The notes beneath the pieces were generated by a model. That model ran no database searches, was not told the DNA's origin, and saw only the letters and a list, made by a program, of their open reading frames with translations. A program made the translations under genes and the position numbers. Shown here piece by piece: positions 15,901 through 27,900 of a stretch of 38,417 nt of DNA. The number at the start of each line of letters is the position of its first letter. The stretch's first letter is position 1. The DNA is taken from assembly GCA_030141605.1 (NCBI GenBank), contig JAQGDQ010001491.1, positions 1-38,417 of the forward strand, read 5' to 3'. Source of the DNA: Tubiluchus corallicola (lineage: Eukaryota; Animalia; Priapulida).

Positions 15901-18900
15901 GACGTGAATTTAACTGCCTATGAATGTATCACTCACTGCCGAGCATTCAGCAAATACTCACAATCTTTTGGCAGTTTTGCTCTAGTGGAAAAAGACGTTT
16001 TCAACTACACTGAAAACTACATCTGTCATTGTGATGATTCCGTGGGAACAGCAAGAGCTGCAGCGCCTGCTGACTGTGGGTTCGTTCCAAAACTTATTAC
16101 GGGTATTGTCTCTCCTGATTCTAAGCCATGTCCAAAATGTCCAGGTGAAAATGATGGCTTCTGTGGCGGAGATGCCAATACTTATGCAGTGTATGATACA
16201 GGAGGTGATACTTCTCTTTCCAATAGTTGTAGTACTGTAATGGATTACAATTTGTTATATTGTTTCTTTTTATAATCTAAAGGAGATATTGTACTGTTCA
16301 TTGATTCTAGATGGTTTATTATTATTATTATGAGTTTATTTCGTATAAAATATACAGTTTACAAAGATAAAGATGTTAGTAAAACAGGTAATGCGATATT
16401 AGTAAAGTCACATATCTACAGACATTCAACTTTATAATATCCACACATTGTAGTTCCCTTGTAATTATATTACATTATACATTGTTGTAAGGAGCTATAA
16501 TATCTTAAAACATAATCTTTAAATGAGTTCTTAACCTTTAATTTTACATTTTCGTTTAGATCTACAGTACAACCATATTTAAATCTTAAATTTACTTGAC
16601 TGTTATTTACATAGTAGCATAGCTTTGGAATTCTCAATGTGAAAGAGTTTACAATTTTTCTCACAAAGTTCAATTTTCGACTATCTATTAAATAATTCGC
16701 AGGCATTGTGCCACAAAAATACATTAACAATTTGACGCTTTCATTTTGTCTAAAATCGAATATTTTTCTATAAGCTGTGTTCCATTTTACCCTAATGGCA
16801 TTAACTTCATTGTTTGATATACCTCCAATTTCGCATTCGTATAACAATATTTATTGATTTGCCTTCTTACAATTTATTTTTAGTGTTCAGGGTACTTGAT
16901 TGTCGTGATACAGTTATGCTGTAAGCATTTTCAATGAAACGTATATCAGATCTGCATCCGACATTCTTTAATTTGCAATAATTTGTTAAATGTTGATAAT
17001 AAATTATATTGTGACAACTATTTTGACAATAATTCGTGCACCTGAGTAGGTAAACATACATTTTTGTTGCAAGAACTAAAAGACTACAGAAGAATCAAGA
17101 TATCTTTGCAGATGAAACACATTCGAGATGTTGTCAGTGTCTCCTGACAGCTGATTTGCAAGAGGAGACCGTTAAAATAGCACAAAAATGAAATAAATAC
17201 TTTTTTAGTTGGCAATTTCACTTCGTTTCTTCACAGAGCTGGAAAGGTCATTTTCAACTTGTCTCATGTGCCGGTCCAAAATGTATTGTTTTCTAATTGT
17301 AGAGTCAGCTCTTCTTCCATTGTGAGGTTAATGATTCCCCTAACTCTTATGCTCATTAAGAAAGATCAGCAGTCGTAGTGAAGATCATTTTATTACACAA
17401 CAGTTTGTATATCCCTTTCATATCCGTTGTATCCCGTGGGATACGAGAATATTTTCTTACTTTAAAATTAATAACATTTAAAACTGACAGTTATTTGATC
17501 TGTTAATAGTTATTTTGATTTAAGCCAATAACAGTAGACAAAAATGGTGATAAAATGGCAAACTAGAAAATCTACATAGCATAAAAAACTGCGCAAGGTA
17601 CAGTACTTTAGAGACGACGTTGTACAGATCAGCATAGAATGCATACTAAATGTCTTAAATACTTTAAAAAATTATCAGCAGTTGCAAAATGAAGCACATT
17701 TTAGGCTTCCATTGAATCCCAATGTATCCCGTGGGATACAGGCTATATTTAGCATGCGGGCACAGGTAGAAAAAAATAATTATTATGTGTAAACAAGATG
17801 GACATACTGAACAAAAGTACCAAGCCAAAAAATTTGGGACTGAAAGGGATATTGCATAATAACGTCTGTGTTTAAACTGGTTATGTAAAATCTTTGTTTT
17901 TTTCAAATTAGAGTAGTAAATTTGGTCAGTAGTTCTTCCTATCTATGATTCGTCATCTCACATAGTTGTGATATTAATAATTATTACCAACATAGTAAAG
18001 ACTGTTAAACCTTACAGCATTATGTTTTTCAACTTTAGAACCACATGAATATCAAGGATGTTTTGCATACTACAGTCCAGAGATATACTTCCCATTTACA
18101 AAATCACTCGATCAGGAATCTACTACACTAGATGACGATTGTCTGACAGTATGCAAAGATGAAGGATATTTGTTTGGCAGCCTCTACTATTCATCATCTG
18201 ACGAATACATGTGTATTTGCGGGAATGGTTATCCATTTCATAAGTTTTCGTTGAATTGTGAAACCTGTTCAAAGACGACAATTGGAACTTGTCCCGGAAT
18301 AAATACAGCGTCTGTATATTCTACCAAAAGTGAGCATAAATGTTTAAACCTGTCTGCTATATGATAAAGGAATGAAATTCTTTACATTGGTAGCAGAAGT
18401 TGTGATAGTCGTTGTGTGGTTATGGTCATGTGACGGTGGCTGTTTTAGTGGTGACATTTGTTTTATTGGCAGCAGCAGTGATCATCTATAACAACAATAT
18501 TTCAAACAGCAGTGACTTTAGCACCATTAGTACTCAGAGGTGTTTGGCATATTTTTTAACTGCAATCAATGACTTTTTTAGACCCTGCAAAGTTTGCATT
18601 TTGTTGCAGCTTTTCAGTTTCCATTAAGCAGTTCGTGGAAATTCTGCTAATTATTTTGTGCAGAATAATAAAATGCTGTTGTGGATAAAACGGTAGTTTA
18701 CAAATGATAAATCATGCTTGTTAAAGAGCACTCAGCCCTTAAATGACTATTTGTGGTTGGTTTTTGTTTTTTGTTATTTCTTTTGGCAGTGTCTTTGCTT
18801 GTAAGGACGCTTGTGAAGAATAGAGTAGTTTTATTTTTGTATACTTTTAGAACATGGTATTATTTTCAGGACAACTCATATCTTAAATAATGTGCACACT

Positions 18901-21900
18901 TTACCTTCAATAATTAACTTTTTTTATTTTTTTATTTCAGATTATGCAGTTACATCAGATGCTCTAGGCTGCTGGGAAGATAAAGACCCTCTTGCACAGC
19001 AGCCACACAGTGGAGAGAGAGACATGCCATATAAGGTTACAATCACTAACGTCACACCAGACAAGTGTATTGAGCATTGTTCAGAACTTAATTATACCTA
19101 TGCTGGTTTGGAAAGTGGAACTGATTGCTATTGTGGCAACCTTTATGGACGATACCTGCCCGCAATGAACCCCTGCAACCTCAAGTGTGGCAGCCAGCAT
19201 GAAACATGTAGTTTATATGACAAGTCTTGTTCTACGTGTGGTGGCAGCTGGGCATTACAGGTTTACCATACAAATGGTGAGTATCATGCAGATACTTGAG
19301 ATTGCACACTTCAACTGAGGAGTTTAGTTTTGCTTATTCACCTAAAGCTAAGACTGATTTATTTTTTTTACTTCTTTGCTTATCAAATTTTACCTTTCCA
19401 TTTGTCAAAAGTTTCTTTGGTTACTAATATTTAATGTTTGACTAGGACAGATCTTTTTTTTTTTGGTTAAATAGAAGTTCTACTTTTTGTATTGTGCTGA
19501 TACAACTAACAGCTTAGTGAAAATATTCTTGTATAAGGTAGGCCTGTGTCCCGATCCTATCAATATCTACTTCCAGAATTATGCTATCCTCTAACATGAT
19601 AGTTGGACTAAAATCGAGAGCGGTCTTTATTTTGATTAACCTCTAGTACAGTGGTTCTTAACCTTGTTGGAGGTACCGAACCCCACCAGTTTCATATGCG
19701 CATTCACCGAACCCCTCTTTAGTGAAAAATAAAATATGATTTTTCTCAAATTCAAGACATAGATATGTTTTTTGCTTGTACACAAAATGAGCCGTGCATG
19801 AACATCACCATGATCAAAGAACAAAACCAACACAGTGCATAAACTCACAACAAATTACATACCTGCAAATCAGTGTGACTTCTGCTGTTGCCTTTGAGAG
19901 ACCAGTTCAGATATGCGTGGCTTCACCTTGGCAAGTGCCACTCTCATGTCATTTTCAAAGCAAAGTCTGTTCCTTTTCTTCGTTTTTATGTCCAGCATCC
20001 TCGAAAAGGATTGCTCACAAAGATATGTTGTAGCAAATGGTATAAAAAAATCCAGGGCTTTCTTAGCAATAACTGGATACTTGTTCATTTGTCGACACCA
20101 AAATGTTGAGAGCGTTGTTGTTCTGAAAAGTTGCTGTTGAACCTGGCTCTGCCGAACCCCTGAGATCGACTCACCGAACTCCTAGGGGTTCTATCGAACC
20201 CAGGTTAAGAACCACTGCTCTAGTAGTTGCAGTGAACAAACGTTGGTAAACATGTTTTGTTTTCTTATGAATGGATAATTTCGAATACAAAACAAAATTG
20301 CGTGTTTGACTTAAAATTATACCTATCATTATCAAAGTCATATCTATAATTTACAACCAACAAACTTAAAGCTACTGTACATATGTTTGTTAAACACGCA
20401 TACGAGCTATATAAAAACGGAGAGTGGAGATGTATTTTTGAAATATTTAAATTGTTTATTTTGCATACACTGAAGAAAATTAAAACACAACAAATAAAAA
20501 ATGAAAATTGCCGGAATGCGAATGCAACATATGAGTATACAATCGTTTATGTGTTGTCTTCATATTGCAATATGTCTTCAATTTAACCTCTGCACCATAT
20601 CCAGCACATTAATTTATGTCTTGCACGAACGTCCACAATAATCAGAAAAAATGAAAGAAACTCAATTTAACCTCTGCACCATATCCACCATATTAATCTA
20701 TGTCTGCACCAACGTCCACAATAATCACAAAACCGAAAGAAACTAAATTTAACTTCTGCGCCATATCCACCATATTAATCTATGTCTGCACCAACATCCA
20801 CAATAATCACAAAACCGAAAGAAACTCAATTTAACTTCTGCGCCATATCCACCATATTAATTTATGTCTTGCACCAACGTCCACAATAATCACAAAACCG
20901 AAAGAAACTCAATTTAACTTCTGCGCCATATCCACCATATTAATCTATGTCTGCACCAACATCCACAATAATCACAAAACCGAAAGAAACTCAATTTAAC
21001 CTCTGCACCATATCCAGCACATTAATCTATGTCTGCACCACCGTCCACAATAATCAGAAAAAATGAAAGAAACTCAATTTAACCTCTGCACCATATCCAC
21101 CATATTAATCTATGTCTGCACCAACGTCCACAATAATCACAAAACCGAAAGAAACTCAATTTAACTTCTGCGCCATATCCACCATATTAATCTATGTCTG
21201 CACCAACATCCACAATAATCACAAAAACCGAAAAAACTCAATTTAACCTCTGCACCATATCCACCATATTAATCTATGTCTTGCACCACCGTCCACAATA
21301 ATCACAAAAATGAAAGAAACTCAATTTAACCTCTGCACCATATCCACCATATTAATCTATGTCTGCACCAACGTCCACAATAATCACAAAACCGAAAGAA
21401 ACTCAATTTAACTTCTGCGCCATATCCACCATATTAATCTATGTCTGCACCAACGTCCACAATAATCACAAAACCGAAACTTCTACGCCATATCCACCAT
21501 ATTAATCTATGTCTTGCACCAACATCCACAATAATCACAAAAACCGAAACAAACTCAATTATCAATAATTTATTGCTTGTTCTTTTCCGTTTTGTCGTTG
21601 CCAAGTGTGCAAAATCCAAAATGAAAGAAGCCCACGTCTAATCCGCTCTAGTAAATCTGTATCATCAGCATCCGTTTAAAGTCTGTTAGCTCTGCCCAGT
21701 CTGTAAAATATCTTTTAGATATCCACTAATTAAAATAATGTAAACAATTTTCTACAATAGCAGGTGTTATTTAGTCAGTAACGAGTGTCATTTTTTGTTA
21801 TTTTTGGTTAAGGCTTTGTACCAGGAGACGAACTTCGAGTCGGCTGTTTCAGTCTCAATCAGAATTTCCAGGGTTTTGGTCACCTGAAACGGGTAACAAT

Positions 21901-24900
21901 GTCTTCCACGATGTGCATCGAGTATTGCCGTGCTTTGAGTATGATTTAGATTTTAAATTTATATTCCTTCTGTAGCATCTAATATTAAGCTGTTCTAAAA
22001 CACATGAAGCAGTTGCAGTAAACAGATTACGCTCATATCTCGGTTTGTCGGCGAGGCTGACAGTACGGTACCGTACTTACAAAATCTAATCATACCGTAC
22101 TAGTACGGTATCGTACTGTAATTTCGTACTGTAAAAATAAAATATCGTACAGTAATTTCGTAGCAAGTTCACGCAGGATCTACTACAAAAAGATAGAGAG
22201 TGGCACGAAAAATTAATTGAAAAAACATTTGCCTATGTAAAACAATTATAGCTGCTATAGTCATTAAATACTCGGACCACACAAGTTAATGTAACGGTCC
22301 GTACGTCCCGAACTTCTTCTCTAGGCAAAGCAAACGTTTAACTCGTTTATATTTGTTTACAGGTTGCTTCCCACCCTGGACACTGATTCATGTAATGCTG
22401 TTGTTTTAACAGCCGTGTCTAACTATTGTGTAGTAATTTACTGATTTAATCATTGCACATCACCTAAGCAAACGTTTAACTCAGGTGATATGCAATGATT
22501 AAATCGTTACTGTTTTGCACAGATCGGCAAAGATCTAAGCATTCGTGATTAATGACGTACATTTTGAAATGTTCTCGCTTGAACGGAATCTGCATAGTTT
22601 GAAAAGTGCAGTAAATTCCTACACAATAGTTAGACGCGACTGTCAAAACAACAGCATTACATGAATCGGTGTCCAGCGTGGGATGCAACCTGTAAACAAA
22701 TATAAATGCAATTTACGGGAGATGACATCTCCAGCTTCCAAACCACTTGTGGCTTTGCAGTTTGCTCTCAAAAGGAACAAATTTAGCAGTTTTGATCACA
22801 TGACGTGTGCTCTGTATTAATTAGGGGAGAACGGTAAGTCCCACACAGGAGCAAAATTAGTGGTCACACTGAGTTACTGACCAATAGAAACGTTGCAAGA
22901 AACTGGGGATAAATTGGAATGGAAAAAGTATGATAAAGGTATTAAAAAATACCGGAATTTTGTACCGTACTGTACTGCAGAAGAAAATATCAAACTTTTA
23001 TGCATTTTTTAGTACCGTACTGCCAACCTTGATTGTCAGACAAAAGCAGGGAGTCAAGGGTCCGGATTTGCCGATTGTCCATATTTACCAATACCGAGCT
23101 AATACAGTAGGCACTGTGTATTAGCATTACGGTAATGAAGAATCAATCACCTAATTGTCTCAAAAACATCTAGTACAGGCCTCCAGACTAAAAGTATATA
23201 AATACTAATATGACTTGGCTTAAATAATTCCGTATAATGGATTCTATATTTTTGTACATAGAGATATACACGTGGCTACACTGATGTACATAATGATGTA
23301 AACAAAGTGATGGCGCATCAACTGGCGGTCAGCTCGCGAAACAATCGACTGTGTCTGCATTATGCGGGACTTTAACGGGGCAGATTTTGTCCGCATTTTC
23401 TAATACCTTTAAAAGCGAGATTTGGCAAATGGAAATATGAGTGTATTTTCATAATGCCCAGTGTTAAACTCGTAAACTGTGTATTCAAAAATATCATTTT
23501 TGTGACTTTTTTGCTTATATAAACCATAAACCTAAATATGCTAGACACAATGAAGGTTCTGGAGGGGGAAGATAGTTTCAGTTTACTTGTACATCTTTTG
23601 ACTTAGCGTTTTAATCTCTCTTTGCCATATTTCAGTGGAGATTTGAGATATGAATGTATTTGAAATGGTTGACTTTTGAAATGCAAACTCTTGAAATAGC
23701 AATGACCGCCATGGTTTATGCTAACTCGTTTTTCACTTAGATTATATCATCTTACAAATTGCAAACTCGCCAAAATGGCTTAAAATGTAGATTTAAAAAT
23801 TGCGATAATGATTTTTCTGCATTTTTTAGTAAAGGTAAAAGACAAACATTCATTCAGCTTACTCATTTAATAGACAACGTTTCTAAAGTGATTTTGCTGC
23901 TTACGCTTACAACAATACAGATGAAGACGCAATACAAAATTTTACATGCTACATGTTGGTTGGCATTGGCAGTCGACAGTCTCAAACCCAAGACAGCAAC
24001 CACTAAGTGTGTCTGCAAACTGCAGTCTAGATCGTTTAAACCCACATACCAATCTTAGAAGTAGTGTTATGATGTTCAACAGTAACATAAGAGAGGGCAA
24101 AACTGTCCTTATTGTATTTGCTTTTGTAATTTTTATGAGAACAGTTAATGGTTGTTATTTTCAGACCAAAGTTATGCTGTATTAACTGATTACGATGAAT
24201 GTACCTGTGCAATGAATAGCCTTCCTGCTGAATTTGAGCAAGACACGAAGTATTGTGCTGCCTGTGGTGGAGCTTTTACAGGGCGTAATAATTACTTTGA
24301 CCAGTGTGGAAGTAAAATTGCAGGATATGCCAGTATGTACAAGGTGCATGCTGGTGAGTAATGTTTCTATAAAACTTCTCAAACAGCACAAAACCACCTT
24401 TATACGAATGTGTCTTCACACATGTTGCATGTTTTCAAGTTCACTTCACCTTAATGCTGTAATTATAATGTTTCCTTAACCCTTTCAGTTCCAAATTATT
24501 TTTTTAATCAGAAAAATTTGGTTTAGTACTTTTGTTCAGTATGTCCATCTTGTTTACACATAATTATTTTTTTCTACCTGTGCCCGCGTGCTAAATATAG
24601 CCTGTATTCCACGGGATACATTAGGATTCAATGGAAGCATAAAATGTGCTTCATTTTACAACTGCTGATAATTTTTTAAAGTATTTGCGACATTTAGTAT
24701 GCATGCTATGCTGATCTGTACAAAGTCATCTCTAAAGTCCTGTACCTTGCGCAGTTTTTATGCTATGTACATTTTCTAGTTTGCCATTTTATCATCATTT
24801 TTAGTCTGTTGTTAATGGCTTAAATCAAAATAACTATTAACAGAGCAAATAACTGTCAGTTTTATAATTTTATTAATTTTAAAGGCAGAAAATATTCCCG

Positions 24901-27900
24901 TATTCCACGGGTATGAAAGGGTTAAGCTTTAGCTTGTGCGATGATGTCCACGATAGATTCATGTTTAGCTTAGATTTGACCATGCTTATTTTTACCATTG
25001 TTTTTGGTGCACAGAAGCTGTTACATAATTAAGTTTTTAGGGGAGCATGCACAACGCGTTCCTGTATTTTATAGATATAGTTGTTAAAAGTGCTCGCCCG
25101 GAGTACAGAGGATGCTGGAATTTTCCACCTGGTATCAAGTTTGCAAGGTCATTTAAAGTGATATCAGCCTATGAGTGTGTGTCTTACTGCACGGATTTTA
25201 GCAAGATAAGTGACTCCTTGGGCAGCTTTGCTTTGCTAGAAAAGAAAGACACCAACTACATTTGTCATTGTGATGATACAACGGGTACAGGAAGAGCTAC
25301 AGCTGCCAGTAATGAGCCGTGTGAAGAATGTCTAGGTGACAATAATGGTTTCTGCGGAAGCGGTGCTGGTGTTTATGCTGTGTATGATACTGGAGGTAAC
25401 GCTTGTTACTGTTCCATATTCAGTTATCCAGTAATTAGACTAATGTATACGTTCTGTATTTCATTTATCACATATGCATTTGGTATGTATGCACAGAATT
25501 TTGCAAAACTATGATTGATTGATTTAAAAACAAACCAATTGTTTGAGAAATAAGAAAAAATAACAGTATAGCATTTCGAATCAACATTATAGTTTAAAGA
25601 ATAAAAAACAAAAAAGAGAAAAATTAGTCACGTAGTTGGAGAAATCTATGACATGTTAACAGGACTTGCAAACATTGCAATTGTGCATGAAATATGCGTC
25701 TTCATATATTTACAACGAATGCTTTATCATTCTGCTTAGCACCACATGAGTATCAAGGATGTTTCAAGTATTATAAGCCAGTGACGTACTTCCCAAACAC
25801 AGAGCCACTTGTGCAAGAATCTGATGATTTAGATGAAGTGTGTGCGACAAAGTGCAGAGATAAAGGATATTTATTTGGCAGCCTCCATTATGCTCAAAAT
25901 AACGAATATGTCTGTAAATGTGGCAATGGATTTCCGTTTCACAAGTTTTCATTGAACTGTGCAAGCTGTTCAAAAACAACAATTGGAACCTGTCCAGGAG
26001 AAAATTCTGTTTCTGTTTACACCACTGACAGTAAGTCCACCTTTAATAAAAACCGTTTCTTTACCCACTAATAATTAGGGGTGAGCATCGAACGTTCGAG
26101 TTCATCGAATTCGAACGCTCGAATTTGATTCGAACGAGTTTTTTTAGTTCGAACTCGATTCGAATCCAAAACTACAGATTCGAATAATTCAGCAATTCAC
26201 ACATGTTCCTGATCACTAAAACGATTGAAACATCATGCAATTAGCACAATTTAGCTGTGATTTCTGCGCACAATTTGAAAGAAATTACTAATCGTTTTAT
26301 TGTAGAACAAAATCTAGTGACATGCATGATCTTTGTAAGACTAATTTTTACTGGTGGTTCGAAAACTTGTTCGAAAATCTTTCAATTTCAATTCGAATTC
26401 GGTTCGAATTCGAAACACTGAAGTTCGGTTTCAATTCGAATTCGAAAGTCACAAATTCGGTTCGATTCGAATTCGCTTTCTGGTAGAGAATGCTCACCCC
26501 TAGTAATAATACTTTCTTCTTTCCTTTATGTCTTCAGCAAACTGTCTTTATGAATCGTAAATGAAAATCAGTTAGCAAAGAATGCGGTTTTTAAACAGTT
26601 AAATATGGTTAATACGGCTAAAACTGCTGATAATAACTATTTACTTCCAGATTATGCAGTTGAGTCAGATATATTGGGTTGTTGGGAAGACAAAGGTCTT
26701 AGAGAAACAGAAAGGGATATGGTTTATCAGGCGTCTTCTTTAACAAAGCTCACACCACGTAAATGTGTGTTGCATTGTGGTCAACATTATTATGCATATG
26801 CTGGTTTCGAGAATGGTACAATCTGCTACTGTGGAAATATATATGGAAGATATGCGCCAGCTACAAACCCATGTAGTCTCGAATGTGGAAGTCAACATAA
26901 GCAGTGTAACTTACATGACAAATCTTGTGTAACTTGTGGTGGTTCATCAGCATTAGAAGTCCGTCCTACAAATTGTAAGTATGTCATCAATTTTGGAACA
27001 CAAATCTAAAAACGTAAACCTATTTTAACTGAATTTGAAAAGTCTTCAGCCAAAGTGCTGTAAAGGTTGATAAATTTGTAGCGATCAAGTCAGAAGCAGG
27101 AAAAATTGGCAATTAGAAACCATGACATGAAATGCTTTAGGCTTTTAAAACATAAAAATTGCCACAAAGACTTTAATGGAAGTGTGTAAATAAGAAAGAT
27201 CAGTAATAAGTATACAAAATGTACAAAATGTAATTTAAATGTAGCTAAGTTATTGTTGGCGTCATGGTCTTTTGTTAGTATCTATTTGCTGATTATATGT
27301 ATTTCATGTAAATAACTTCAGAGTGACCAAAATTTCATTTGTTTCTAATTTTCTATTTGTCACTTCCTCTCTTCAAGTTTTCCTGCCAGTGGAGGAACTA
27401 GGTACAGGCTGCTACAAACTCAGTGAAAGTTATAACTTGAATAACTCAACTGCTGTGAAACGATTGAGCATGACACCCAAAATGTGCGTGCATCACTGCT
27501 ACTCTTCCGGTAAGGTAATTATTTCGTTTTTAAAACGTGTTTTTTTTGGTTTAAAAGAAAATTTGTGTGCTAGTTCACTTACTTCTTTTCTTGTCTTCGA
27601 GTTTATATTCCCACGTACTTGCACGTCTTTAGTTCAAGAATGTAAAAAAATTATGTTATGTAATTCGTATTATGTTAGTTTTGTAATGTCAAACGTATAA
27701 ATGGTGCAAATGTAATGAGTGAAATTTAGTGTAAAGCATGTTTCTGTTAATTGTGTCATGTTAAATGTATATATAGTGTAAAATATGTCTTGTAAAATTT
27801 AATGTACTTTTGTAATATTGTTTTGTAAAAATATTTTAATATGGTGTTTGTAAATATGTTCATTTATTGTATATAATTAGACCTTAGTTTTGCACTTTAG

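Noticed and set aside
1593-17906. Recurring small ORFs MQNEAHFMLPLNP... / LSVPNYFF... as a peptide gene family
   Set aside because: They lie inside the piggyBac-type MITE copies and are broken differently in each copy.
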